Both the position numbers and the translations under genes were made by a program. Source: an uncultured Alphaproteobacteria bacterium (GTDB taxonomy: Bacteria; Pseudomonadota; Alphaproteobacteria; ATCC43930; CGMCC-115725). From it: a stretch of 64,000 nt of DNA. This document shows positions 9,847 to 19,555 of this stretch, in pieces. The notes under the pieces were generated by a model. The model worked only from the letters and a program-made list of their open reading frames with translations, ran no database searches and was not told the origin of the DNA. The DNA lies in contig CAVZCJ010000005.1 of the NCBI GenBank assembly GCA_963773625.1, positions 2,000 through 65,999 on the forward strand, given 5' to 3'. Every line of letters starts with the position of its first letter. Positions within the stretch are counted from its first letter, which is position 1.

Positions 9847-10344
9847 ATGCGCAGGGTCATGCGGGTGGTTCAAAGCACCCTTGGGCCGATTGCCGTTTGG
9901 CTGAGCGTCATGGTCGTCCTCGCGGGCGAACCGGCGTTCGCCGAAACTGGCAACGGCACGAAAAACTTCCGCCCGCCGGCGTCGGTGCCGAATTATTTCA
10001 GCAACGAGGCTGGCCCGATGCTCGGTGGCCCGGCCGAGTCGCGCCGGGGCGATCTCTATCCCAATCCGGCCGCGGCGAAGGGCCAGCTCGACACCGTTAC
10101 GGCCTCCCCCTGGGCGCGGACCCGACATATCGCAACGAGCCATCGCCGCACGCACCTCGCCGCGCATACGCGGGGCGGCCGTCTGCCGATGGCAGGGCGC
10201 GGTCACTTCCGAGCTCACATTGCCGCGCGGGGTCCCATCCGCACTCATGTCGCTGCGCGCGGCGGGCCGCCAAGTCATGCCAAGCATGTGGGAACGCGTC
10301 ACACAACGCGGGTCAGCAGCACGCATCACCGCGCGCCGGGATGA
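9847..10344 (+). CDS. Hypothetical secreted protein, His/Arg-rich C-terminal half
   Basis: ORF 9847..10344: signal-peptide-like N-terminus (..IAVWLSVMVVLAGEPAFA|ETG) and a basic tail with reiterated H-x-AARG (RAHIAARGPIRTHVAARGGPPSHAKHVG). Third-codon positions are mostly G/C as in neighbouring genes. I do not recognise a family. Confidence 0.5.
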   Translation: MRRVMRVVQSTLGPIAVWLSVMVVLAGEPAFAETGNGTKNFRPPASVPNYFSNEAGPMLGGPAESRRGDLYPNPAAAKGQLDTVTASPWARTRHIATSHRRTHLAAHTRGGRLPMAGRGHFRAHIAARGPIRTHVAARGGPPSHAKHVGTRHTTRVSSTHHRAPG

Positions 10345-10400
10345 GATGAGCAGCGGCAGCGCGTTGGACAGGGCCTGCCGCGCCGCCATATAAGCGCGCG

Positions 10401-11250
10401 ATGACGCGCATCCAGTTCCACAAGATGCACGGGCTCGGCAATGATTTCGTCGTGCTCGACCAGCGCGCCGATCCGGTGCGGATCGGCGCCGCCGGCGCGC
10501 GCGCGCTCGCCGACCGGCGCACTGGGATCGGCTGCGATCAGCTGCTGCTGCTCGAACCACCGCGCGACCCGCGCGCGCAGGTCTTCCTGCGCATCCTCAA
10601 CCCTGACGGCAGCGAGGCCGAAGCCTGCGGCAACGGCACTCGCTGCGTTGCCACGCTGCTCGCCGCCGAGACGGGCGCCGCCAGGCTGCGTATCGAGACA
10701 ATGGCCGGCCTGCTTGATGCGGAGATTTTGGGCGACGGTCGCGTCACGATCGATATGGGCGAAGCCAAGACCGGCTGGCGCGAGATCCCGCTGGCGCGCG
10801 AGATGGATACGCTGCGCGTCGATCTCACGCTCGGGCCGTTGTCGGAACCCGTTTGCACCAGCATGGGCAACCCGCACGCGACCTTCTTTGTGGCTGACGT
10901 CGAGGAGATGGGCGCCGACGAACTGCGCCGGCTGGGCAGGGCGCTGGAGCACGACAAGCTGTTCCCCGAGCGCGCCAACATCGGCATTGCCACGGTCCGC
11001 GACGATGGCGCGATCCGCCTCAGGGTCTGGGAACGTGGCGCCGGCCTCACCCTGGCGTGCGGCAGCGGCGCCTGTGCGGCGCTGGTCGGGGCGTGCCGCC
11101 GCGGGCTAACCGGGCGGCGGGCGACGGTTGTCGTCGATGGCGGCAGTCTCGATATCGAGTGGCGCCAGAGACGGGCACGTGATGATGACGGGTCCGGTGG
11201 CGGAGCCGTTCGACGGCAGTTTCGATGCTGCTCTGCTCGGAGGCCGATGA
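10401..11250 (+). pseudogene. dapF: Diaminopimelate epimerase, one frame shift near the 3' end as assembled
   Basis: ORF 10401.. starts [20 protein letters not shown]...[11 protein letters not shown]...[13 protein letters not shown]...[17 protein letters not shown]. After ~11168 the true frame gives [26 protein letters not shown] with stop 11248-11250. Confidence 0.92.
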
Positions 11251-12473
11251 TGGCACTCCAGATCGTCACCTTCGGCTGCCGGCTCAACGCCTTCGAGAGC
11301 GAGCTCATTCGCCGTGCCGCCGCGGGGGCTCGACAATACCATCATCGTCAATACCTGCGCCGTCACTGCCGAGGCCGAGCGCCAGGCACGGCAGGCGATC
11401 CGACGCGCCCGGCGGGAGCATCCGACGGCGCGGATCGTCGTCACCGGCTGTGCCGCGACCTTGTCGCCGGCGCACTACGCCGCGCTTCCCGAGGTCGATC
11501 TGGTGCTCGACAACGACGCCAAGCTTAAGGCGGAGAGTTATCCGGACGCTGTCCCTCGCGCTGCCGCGCTCGCGTGGGGAGGAGGGCGGGCCACATCGCC
11601 GAGGCAAGCGAGGCGCAGTCGCGAGCCCGCACGTACCTCCAGGTACAGCAGGGCTGCGACCATCGCTGCACGTTTTGCATCATCCCGTATGCGCGCGGGC
11701 CGAGCCGGTCGGTGGCTATGTTGGACGCCGTCGCGCAGGCGCGGACGCTGGTCGAGGCCGGCGCGCGCGAGATCGTGTTGACCGGCGTCGATCTCACCGC
11801 CTACGGCGCCGATCTGCCCGGGCGGCCGAGCCTCGGCGCGCTGTCGCGGCAAATACTTGCGGAAGTGCCCGAGTTGCCGCGGTTACGCCTTTCGTCGCTC
11901 GATCCGAGCGAGATCGACGACGCGCTCTGGGTGCTGTTCGCGGAAGAGCCCCGGCTGATGCCGCATCTGCACCTGTCGCTGCAGGCGGGTGACGACCTGA
12001 TCCTGAAGCGAATGAAGCGCCGCCACAGCCGCGCTCAGGCGATCGCAACGGCGCACCGGGCGCGCGACCTACGGCCCGATGTCGCGATTGGAGCCGATCT
12101 CATCGCCGGCTTCCCGACCGAGGACGAGGCGATGTTCCAGCGCAGCCTCGATCTGGTCGAGGAATGCGGCATCGCCTTTCTGCACGTCTTTCCTTACAGC
12201 CCGCGAGAGGGCACCCCGGCGGCGAAGATGCCGGCGGTGGCGCCGCAAGTCGTCCGCGAGCGCGCGGCGCGGTTGCGCGAGGTGGGCGCCCAGGCGCTGG
12301 CGGCTGATCTGGCGCGGCGGGTCGGCGCGACCGGGGATGTGCTGATCGAAAAGCCGGGCAGTGGCCGCGCCGCGTTCTACGCTCCCGTTTCATGTCCGCC
12401 GGATGCGGTGGATATCCGACAGATGCGCTTCACCGGCATCGCCGGTGGCAAGCTGGTCGGGGTGGTGGCATGA
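11250..12473 (+). pseudogene. mtaB: tRNA (N6-threonylcarbamoyl-A37) methylthiotransferase MtaB, two frame shifts as assembled
   Basis: [26 protein letters not shown] (phase of 11250), then ORF 11314..11781 ([37 protein letters not shown]), then ORF 11574..12473 (..YLQVQQGCDHRCTFCIIPYARGPSRS.., radical-SAM CxxxCxxC). The first break is a ggggg run at 11324-11328. The start overlaps the dapF stop. Confidence 0.9.
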
Positions 12474-13402
12474 GCGAGGAGCGTCGCGGCTGGTTTGCCC
12501 GGCTGCGCGCCGGGCTGACGAAAAGTTCGGCGGCGCTGACCGAGGGCATCAACCAGATCTTTATTCGCCGCCGGCTCGATGCCGCCGCGCTCGACGAACT
12601 CGAAGAGCTGTTGATCGCCAGCGACATGGGGGTTGGCGTTGCCGGGGAGGTGGTCGACGCGCTGCGCCGGTCCCGCTTCAACCAGGAGGTCTCTCCCGAG
12701 GAGGTGCGCGCGGCGCTTGCCGCCGAGGTGGCGCGGCTCGTCGAACCGGTAGCGAAGCCGCTGCGCCACGATCCGGCGGCGAAGCCCTATGTGATCCTCG
12801 TCGTCGGGGTCAACGGCAGCGGCAAGACCACGACGATCGGCAAGCTCGCGCGGCGATATCACGATGAGGGCCTTCGCGTCGTGCTGGCCGCCGGCGATAC
12901 GTTCCGCGCCGCCGCGGTCGAGCAGCTGCAGATCTGGGGCCAGCGTACCGGCAGCCGCGTCGTCACCCGCCCGCATGGCTCGGACGCGGCGGGCCTCGCC
13001 TTCGACGCCTTCGCCGAAGCCAAGAATGAAGCCGCCGACATCCTGCTGATCGACACCGCCGGGCGGCTGCAGAACAAGGCCGATCTGATGGCCGAGCTGC
13101 AAAAGCTGGTGCGCTCGGTGAAAAAGCTCGACCCTGCCGCGCCGCATTCTGTGCTGTTGGTGCTCGACGCGACGGTCGGCCAGAACGCGCATGCCCAGGC
13201 AGAGATCTTCCGCCAAATGGTGGGAGTCACCGGCATCGTCATGACCAAGCTCGACGGCACCGCCAAGGGTGGCGTCTTGGTCTCGCTCGCCGAAAAATAC
13301 GGGATCCCCATCCACCTCATCGGCATCGGTGAGGGCGCCGAAGATTTGCGCCCGTTCGAGGCCTACGCCTTTGCGCGCGGATTGGTCGGGTTGGAGGGGT
13401 AG
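12470..13402 (+). CDS. ftsY: Signal recognition particle receptor FtsY
   Basis: ATG 12470 inside ORF 12392..13402 (ATGA overlap with the mtaB stop): MSEERRGWFARLRAGLTKSS...VVGVNGSGKTTTIGKLA...DTAGRLQNK...TKLDGTAKGG. Confidence 0.95.
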   Translation: MSEERRGWFARLRAGLTKSSAALTEGINQIFIRRRLDAAALDELEELLIASDMGVGVAGEVVDALRRSRFNQEVSPEEVRAALAAEVARLVEPVAKPLRHDPAAKPYVILVVGVNGSGKTTTIGKLARRYHDEGLRVVLAAGDTFRAAAVEQLQIWGQRTGSRVVTRPHGSDAAGLAFDAFAEAKNEAADILLIDTAGRLQNKADLMAELQKLVRSVKKLDPAAPHSVLLVLDATVGQNAHAQAEIFRQMVGVTGIVMTKLDGTAKGGVLVSLAEKYGIPIHLIGIGEGAEDLRPFEAYAFARGLVGLEG

Positions 13403-13405
13403 GGG

Positions 13406-13969
13406 CTAGAGCCCCTGCACCGCCGCCGGATCGTCGGGCGGTGGGTTGCCGCGCGGCGCCGGGTCGCCGCCTTGCTCGACCTCATGCTCGTGATGCAGGG
13501 CCCAACGCACCGAGGGAAAGGCGATGTCGTCCCACGGTATCTCGTCCCAGCCGAAGAGTCCGACTTCGAGGCTTTCGGGTCCTGCGGACACGGCGGGGTC
13601 GAGCAGTTTCGCCCGATAGATGAGCTGCACCTGGCTGAGGCGGGTAATGTCGTAGATCGCCAGCAGAGTCTCGATCGCGATCTTGGCGCGCGCTTCCTCC
13701 CAGGCCTCGCGCTCGGCTCCGGCGCGGGTCAATTCGTTGAGTTCGAGGTAGCCGGCGGGCAGCGTCCAGAACCCCTTGCGTGGATCGATCGCCCGCCGGC
13801 ATAGCAAGATCTTATCGCCCCATCGTGCGACCGAACCGACGATGATCTTCGGGTTGTCATAGAGAATGAACCCGCAATCGCCACAGACGAGCCGCTCGCG
13901 GTCATCACCTTCGGGGACGGTGCGCGCGAACGGATGCGGCGGTGGAGGGGGCGGGCGCGAGTTGCTCAT
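13406..13969 (-). CDS. NUDIX hydrolase with N-terminal CxxC zinc-ribbon-like motif
   Basis: ORF 13406..13969: ..LVCGDCGFILYDNPK.. then the Nudix box GYLELNELTRAGAEREAWEEARA. Confidence 0.85.
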   Translation of the reverse strand: MSNSRPPPPPPHPFARTVPEGDDRERLVCGDCGFILYDNPKIIVGSVARWGDKILLCRRAIDPRKGFWTLPAGYLELNELTRAGAEREAWEEARAKIAIETLLAIYDITRLSQVQLIYRAKLLDPAVSAGPESLEVGLFGWDEIPWDDIAFPSVRWALHHEHEVEQGGDPAPRGNPPPDDPAAVQGL

Positions 13970-14002
13970 GCCGCTTGCTGACAGCTGTTTTTAATTCCTC
14001 CT

Positions 14003-14085
14003 TGGCCGGGTTCGACCCAGCCATCCACCTCTTCTGCGCGTTCGCTTGAGAACAAAGACGTGGACCCACGGGTTATGCCGGTGGG
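14003..14085. repeat. Degenerate copy of palindromic intergenic element, family B
   Basis: ggccgggttcgacccagccatccac...aaagacgtggacccacgggttatgccgg resembles the 28711 and 61132 elements (ggccgggctcgtcccggccatccacgtgg / aaaacgtggatggccggg). Similarity judged by eye only. Confidence 0.4.
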
Positions 14086-14113
14086 AGGGGAATAAAGCGA
14101 TGCTTCCAAAAAC

Positions 14114-14836
14114 TTACGCCGGTACCGGAATGGCGCGTTGGTTGTACATGCGCTTGCGGATCGCTGCCTTTTCCGCGTCCGACAGGGATGCTGGGTCGGG
14201 GGGCAAATTCGCTCCGACCGCCATGCCCCGCTGTACCGCCGGCCGTGCGCCCATCTCCTCGAACCAGCGCTTGAAGTGTTTGAACTCGTCGATGTCCTGT
14301 CCCTGCGCCTTCCAGTTGACGGTCCACGGATAGCAGATCATGTCGGCGATCGTGTATTCGTCGCCGGCGACGTATTTGCTGCGGTAGAGCCGGTTGTTGA
14401 GCACGCCGTAGAGCCGGTTGGCCTCGTCGGTGAAGCGGTTGATCGCGTAGGTCAGGTCGCCCGCCTCGGGTCCAGCGCGGCGGAAATGCCCGCACTCGCC
14501 GAGCTTCGGCCCCTGGTTGGCCATCTGCCAGATCACCCATTCGGTGACCGCGTACTTGCCGCGCAAGTCCTGCGGCCAGAATCTTCCTTCCCTCTCAGCG
14601 ACGTACATCATGATCGCGCCCGATTCGAAGACCGAGATCGGCGCGCCGCCGCCCTTTGGGTTATGGTCCACCATCACCGGCATGCGGTGGTTCGGGTTCA
14701 TCTTGAGAAATTCGGGGGTGAACTGGTCGCCCCGCTGGATATTGCAGGGGACGATCTTGTACTCGACTCCGCATTCCTCCAGCAGGATGGTAACTTTCTT
14801 GCCGTTGGGAGTTGGCCAATAGTGCAGATCGATCAT
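14114..14836 (-). CDS. Glutathione S-transferase, Nu class (YfcG-like)
   Basis: ORF 14114..14836: MIDLHYWPTPNGKKVTILLEECGVEYKIVPCNIQRGDQFTPEFLKMNPNHRMP...FESGAIMMYVAE...TIADMICYPW. Collinear with E. coli YfcG from memory. Confidence 0.88.
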   Translation of the reverse strand: MIDLHYWPTPNGKKVTILLEECGVEYKIVPCNIQRGDQFTPEFLKMNPNHRMPVMVDHNPKGGGAPISVFESGAIMMYVAEREGRFWPQDLRGKYAVTEWVIWQMANQGPKLGECGHFRRAGPEAGDLTYAINRFTDEANRLYGVLNNRLYRSKYVAGDEYTIADMICYPWTVNWKAQGQDIDEFKHFKRWFEEMGARPAVQRGMAVGANLPPDPASLSDAEKAAIRKRMYNQRAIPVPA

Positions 14837-15033
14837 CGCGAAGCCCTCATTGGTGAAGTGGGTGAGCGCTACGAACGTGCCGCCCTTGCGTCGTGGGCGA
14901 CACTAGAGCAATCGGCAAGGGCGGGAAAAGGTTTCAGGGCAGCGATGCATCGACTATGTGGTGTTAAAGGCTACGCTCGGCCCCAACCTTGCGTATAACT
15001 TACGGTCGAGCATTTTCGAGCAGGGTGGGAGAC

Positions 15034-16336
15034 ATGGACGGGGCGGTCATCGAGGGCAGGATTGAACCGGCGAGCTTCGCCGGCTTGTCCCCGTGTCCGC
15101 TAAAAGTCGGGGTTCTGGTTGACCTCACGTGGAGCCAAGATGCCGGTGGGCACGTCAAGTGCTGGGAGCGGATCGCCGAGGCTGCCACCGGGTTTGGCGA
15201 CCGGCTCGACCTTACGGTGCACTTCAATGGCCCGGCGCTGCAGCGGATCGAGCTGTCGCCATCGGTACGTTATGTGCTGCTGCCGCCGGTTTTGAGCACA
15301 AAGCGGCTGGTACGTGGGGTCCCCGATCACACTGATCTCGCACCGTGGCATCCCGGGCTGGCGCGGATGTTGACCGACTATGACGTGATCCACACCACCG
15401 ATGCGTTCTTCTGCTACGCGCGCACGGCTACGCGGTTTTCAAACCGGAATGGCGTGCCAGTGGTCAGTTCGATTCACACCAACACCCCCGAATACGCGCG
15501 CATCACGATGGACCATCTGCTTGGCCGCTGGCTTGGCGGGGGCGCCGCCTATCGACTGGCCAGCCAGGGCCTTGATCTGCCGGGGGTCGTCAGCCGGCGG
15601 CTGCAGCGGCGCCTGCAACGGCATCTCGGCCAGGTGACGATGGCGATGGCGAGCTATGGGGGCGAGGACGCGGCCGCTGATTGGCATTGTGGCGTGTCGC
15701 TGCGGCGCGGCCTCGACCGCGCGCTCTTTAGCCCGGCGGGGCGCGACCGTGCTTGGCTCGAAACTCGCTTCGGCCTGCCGCCCGGCCAGTTCGTCGCGAT
15801 TTATGCCGGCAAGCTCAATACCGGCAAGAATGTCCATCTCCTCTCTCCGGCCGTGGCCGAAGCGCGCCGCCGCGGCCTGCCGATCCACCTGCTCTGCCCT
15901 GGCAAGGGCGATCTTCACGACAGTCTGCTGGCTCAGCTTGGGGGCGCGGTGACTCTGCCGGGCGTCCTGGGGCAGGACGAGCTCGCCCGCGCGCTGGCTT
16001 CGTCCGATCTCTTCCTCTTCCCGTCGACCATCGACGAAAGCGGCAATGCTGCGGTTGAGGCGCTCGCGGCTGGATTGCCGGCGCTGCTCGCCGCGGGCAG
16101 CGGGGTGGCGAGCTCGGATGGCGGATTGCCGGGCGGTGCGGGTGCTGCCGGGCGATGACGCACCGGCCTGGGCGGCGGCGATCGCCGAGTTCGCCGCCGA
16201 TCCGGCGCGCTGCCGCGAATTGGGCGCGATGGCGCGCGCCTATATCGAGGCCGAGGTGCCGAGCTGGGAAGAGGTCGTGAACGAGGATCTGCTCCCGGTG
16301 TGGCAGCAAGCCGCCGCGAGGCGATGGCGCCGCTGA
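15034..16336 (+). pseudogene. Glycosyltransferase family 4 (GT-B, GT1-superfamily), one frame shift near the 3' end as assembled
   Basis: ORF 14989..16158 from ATG 15034 (..KVGVLVDLTW..HTTDAFF...FVAIYAGKLNTGKNV...FLFPSTIDESGNAAVEALAAGLPAL) joins ORF 16046..16336 (..RMADCRAVRVLPGDDAPAWAAAIAEFAADP..). Break about 16100-16112, next to a gggg run. Confidence 0.85.
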
Positions 16337-17160
16337 CCCGATCGCGTCACATCCTGATACTGGCGCCGCACCCGGACGACGAGGTCGTCGCCTGCGGGCT
16401 CAGCGCCTGGCGCGCACGCCAGGACGGCGCGCGGCTTTACGTGCTCTACTTGACCACCGGGGTGCCGCCTCGCGAGGCGCTTTGGCCGTGGCGCCGCAAA
16501 GGCCATTCGGCGCGCGTCGCGCGGCGCCGCGAGGAGGCCGTGGCCGCCGCGGCGATGCTTGGCCTGACGCCGGTCGAGTTCCTGGCGATCCCCTCGCGCT
16601 CCCTGCGGTTTCACCTGGATGAGGCCGCCGCCGCCATCGACCGCGCGCTGAGGGCAACTTCGGCAACGACGCTCTGGGTTCCGGCATTTGAAGGCGCGCA
16701 TCAGGATCACGACGCGGCCAATGCTCTTGCCGCCGCATATCGAGATCGTCTGCAGGTGTGGGAATTTGCCGCGTACAATTATGCCGGCGGCCGGGTCAAC
16801 TCGAACTGGTTTTTCGATGTCCAGCGGGGCGTCATAGAGGAGCACCCAAGCCGTCAAGAGGCGCGCTTGAAGCGCAAAGCGCTCGCGACTTACGCTTCCG
16901 AGAGCGGCAATCTTCTGCACATCCGGTTCGATCGCGAGATGTACCGGCCGATGCCGCGGCATGATTACGCCGCTCCGCCTCATCCGGGGACCCTGTTCCG
17001 CGAGCGGTTTCATTGGGTGCCGTTCCGCCACCCGCGCATCGATTTCACCCCGTCGGACGAAATCTATAGCGTGCTTGGGAAGTGGAGCGCGGCCGGCCGC
17101 GCCGCGCCGACTGATGCTGGAGCCGATCGTGAAATTCAGCACGTTTCTCTTTCCCGATAG
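16324..17160 (+). CDS. PIG-L / LmbE family N-acetylglucosaminyl deacetylase
   Basis: ORF 16300..17160: HILILAPHPDDEVVACG (the PIG-L AHPDDE motif) and EGAHQDHDAA (zinc-ligand HxDH). ATG 16324 overlaps the GT4 stop by 13 nt. Confidence 0.85.
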   Translation: MAPLTRSRHILILAPHPDDEVVACGLSAWRARQDGARLYVLYLTTGVPPREALWPWRRKGHSARVARRREEAVAAAAMLGLTPVEFLAIPSRSLRFHLDEAAAAIDRALRATSATTLWVPAFEGAHQDHDAANALAAAYRDRLQVWEFAAYNYAGGRVNSNWFFDVQRGVIEEHPSRQEARLKRKALATYASESGNLLHIRFDREMYRPMPRHDYAAPPHPGTLFRERFHWVPFRHPRIDFTPSDEIYSVLGKWSAAGRAAPTDAGADREIQHVSLSR

Positions 17161-18196
17161 CCGCGATCCGGCGCGCGACGGCCGGGTTATCGACGAGACC
17201 CTGCGCGAAGCCGCGCTTGCCGACGAACTCGGCGCCGATATGGTTTGGCTCGCCGAACATCACTTCGATGGCATCTCTGTTTATGCCGATCCGATGGTGC
17301 TGGCGGGTGCGCTCGCCGCCTCCTTGAAGCAGGCCGGCCTCGGCTTTGCGGTGATCCAGACCGCGCTGCACCACCCGATCCGCCTCGCCGAGCAGATGGC
17401 TTTACTCGACCAGCTGATGAGGGGAAAGCTGATCGTCGGGCTGGGCCGCGGCAGCTCGTACAACATTTACGACTATCAGGGCTTCGGCATCGACCATCAG
17501 GAAGCGCAGGCGCGGCTCGACGAGGCCGAGGCGATCATGCTGAAGGCGTGGAGCGGCGGCGAGTTCATACACGACGGGCGGTTCTGGCAGCTCCAGGTGC
17601 CGATGCTGCGGCCGCGCGCCTATACAAGGCCGCATCCGGCGGTGATCCGCGGGTCGTCGGGTGAGACATCGCTCATCGAACTGGCGCGCGAGGGCAAGCC
17701 GTTCATGATGAATGTGCAGTCGCTCGAAACGACCGCGCGGCGGGTAGAGCTGTATCGCCGGACGATGCGCGAAGCGGGGTTTGGCGAGACGATAGTCGCC
17801 GCTAACCTGGCGGCGAGCTGGGTATGGCGGAACTTCTATGTCGCCGACAGTGACGAGGAGGCGGCGCGGGTCGGTATCCCGGCCTTCGAGACAATGACCC
17901 GCGCGCGCGCCGAAATGCGGGACCGGGTTTTCGCCGAGACCGGAGCGCATATCGCCGTGCCGAAACATGATTTGCCGGGCGCGCGCACCGCGCGCGGCGA
18001 CGGGCTCATCCACGGCGCGCCGGCGCGCGTCGCCGATGATGTCGCGGCGTTGGACCGGCTGGGCGTGGGCGGCATCATCGGGACGTTCCGCCTCGGCCCG
18101 ATGTCGCACGAGACGGCGGCCGAGAGCCTGACATTGTTCATGCGCGAGGTCGCACCGCAATTCCGTAAATCCGCCCCGATCACTGCGGAGGGGTGA
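17114..18196 (+). CDS. LLM-class (luciferase-like) flavin-dependent oxidoreductase
   Basis: ORF 16961..18196. The plausible start is ATG 17114 (MLEPIVKFSTF) or GTG 17129. ..ELGADMVWLAEHHFDGISVYADP...RLAEQMALLDQL..GKLIVGLGRG.. The start overlaps the PIG-L 3' end. Confidence 0.88.
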   Translation: MLEPIVKFSTFLFPDSRDPARDGRVIDETLREAALADELGADMVWLAEHHFDGISVYADPMVLAGALAASLKQAGLGFAVIQTALHHPIRLAEQMALLDQLMRGKLIVGLGRGSSYNIYDYQGFGIDHQEAQARLDEAEAIMLKAWSGGEFIHDGRFWQLQVPMLRPRAYTRPHPAVIRGSSGETSLIELAREGKPFMMNVQSLETTARRVELYRRTMREAGFGETIVAANLAASWVWRNFYVADSDEEAARVGIPAFETMTRARAEMRDRVFAETGAHIAVPKHDLPGARTARGDGLIHGAPARVADDVAALDRLGVGGIIGTFRLGPMSHETAAESLTLFMREVAPQFRKSAPITAEG

Positions 18197-18215
18197 TGGC
18201 GCAGTTCCCGATCAA

Positions 18216-18503
18216 TTGGTGGGCGCTGCTGGTGGCGGTGATTGCCCGTATGAGGATATGGGAGTTGCGGTCGTCACCTATCCGCGCATCCTGACGGTGG
18301 CGGCGATCAGGGGCATGCAAAATGCGCTCGGCGTGTTGCGCCAGTCGCTCGACGAGGGTCGAGTGATCGACCGGCCCGACCTGCTCGTCTCCTTCGATGA
18401 GCTGAACGACCTGATGGGATTGGCGCAACTGCGCGAATTGGAAGATCGCCACTTGCTTGCCGCCGATCGCGAGCGCAAATACGGCAGGGCGGCGAAGTAT
18501 TGA
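18216..18503 (+). CDS. Small hypothetical protein (82-96 aa; true start uncertain)
   Basis: ORF 18216..18503 (TTG start; internal ATG at 18258). Third-codon positions are ~80% G/C by hand count, like real genes here. No recognisable family. An ATG at 18196 overlapping the upstream stop opens a 33-codon ORF in another phase. Confidence 0.45.
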   Translation: MVGAAGGGDCPYEDMGVAVVTYPRILTVAAIRGMQNALGVLRQSLDEGRVIDRPDLLVSFDELNDLMGLAQLRELEDRHLLAADRERKYGRAAKY

Positions 18504-18515
18504 AGAGGTAGCGAA

Positions 18516-19541
18516 ATGAAGTTCGGACTTTTCGGCGGCGCGCGGGCGCGCGGCGGCCCGGCCGGCGACAGCGAGGGCTACCACGATTTCATCAATTACG
18601 TGGTCGAGGCGGAGAAGCTCGGCTTCTCGAGCGTGTTCCTCGTCGAGCACCATTTCACCGGCTTCGGACAGGTCTCGGCCTCGCTCAATCTGCTTTCCTA
18701 CCTCGCGGCGCGCACCGAACGCATTCGCCTCGGCACCGCGGTGGTGGTGCTGCCCTGGCACAATCCCGTGCTGGTCGCCGAGCAGGCGGCAACGCTCGAC
18801 CTGCTGTCGAACGGCCGGCTCGATTTCGGCGTCGGCAAGGGCTACCGCTCCTACGAATTCTCTGGGTTCTGTGTCCCGCAAGACGAGGCGACCGAGCGCT
18901 TCGACGAGGCGATGGAGATCATCCGCTTGGCCTGGAGCTCCGGCGGCGAGCGTTTTTCGTACAGGGGCAAGTGGTACAGCTACGACAACGTGGTGGTCGA
19001 GCCGAGCCCGATCCAGACCCCGCATCCGCCGTTCTGGCTCGGCGCCGGCAGTGCCGAATCGATCCGCCGCGCCGCCCGCGAAGGCTACAATTTGCTGCTC
19101 GACCAGATCGCCCCCACCGATGTGATCATCGACCGGGTCAAGGTGTTCCGCGAGGAGTGCCAGGCCATCGGTCGGCCCTATGACCCGGCGATGGTGGGCG
19201 TCACCCGCGGCCTTCAGATCATCCGCAAGGAATCCGAGCGCAAGCAGGCGATCCGCACGCGCCGCGCGGTGCTGCAGAATATCGGCGACCTCGCGCGCGG
19301 GCCGGGTGCGGAGCGCTACCACCATATCAAGGATGACGCCAACTCGTTCGTGCTCGACGACGCGCCGCTGCTCGGTACGCCCGACGAAATTGTCTCGCAG
19401 CTGAAGCGGTTGCAGGCCGGCGGCGTGGAGAACGTGTTGTTCGCCGCCCCCGGCGCCTCGGTCGCGCATCTGCGTACCTTCGCCGAGGAGATCATGCCGG
19501 AGCTCGGTGGCTGCAACCCGATGGGTTTGGCCCAGGTGTAG
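18516..19541 (+). CDS. LLM-class flavin-dependent oxidoreductase
   Basis: ORF 18516..19541: MKFGLFGG...LGFSSVFLVEHHFTGFGQVS...VVVLPWHNPVLVAEQAATLDLLSNGRLDFGVGKGY. Confidence 0.9.
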   Translation: MKFGLFGGARARGGPAGDSEGYHDFINYVVEAEKLGFSSVFLVEHHFTGFGQVSASLNLLSYLAARTERIRLGTAVVVLPWHNPVLVAEQAATLDLLSNGRLDFGVGKGYRSYEFSGFCVPQDEATERFDEAMEIIRLAWSSGGERFSYRGKWYSYDNVVVEPSPIQTPHPPFWLGAGSAESIRRAAREGYNLLLDQIAPTDVIIDRVKVFREECQAIGRPYDPAMVGVTRGLQIIRKESERKQAIRTRRAVLQNIGDLARGPGAERYHHIKDDANSFVLDDAPLLGTPDEIVSQLKRLQAGGVENVLFAAPGASVAHLRTFAEEIMPELGGCNPMGLAQV

Positions 19542-19555
19542 TGAGGGAGGCGCTC

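Noticed and set aside
14005-14025. gggttcgaccc resembling a tRNA T-arm
   Set aside because: No acceptor stem, D-arm or anticodon arm can be drawn around it. It is part of the degenerate family B repeat. I saw no tRNA-like cloverleaf anywhere in the spacers.
18180-19469. 429-aa minus-strand ORF, the longest ORF in that region
   Set aside because: It is the antisense shadow of the LLM gene 18516..19541 and its neighbours. The translation is Arg/Ala/Gly/Asp-rich with no motif, while the plus strand gives clean LLM and SDR sequences. Long stop-free antisense frames are expected at this GC content.
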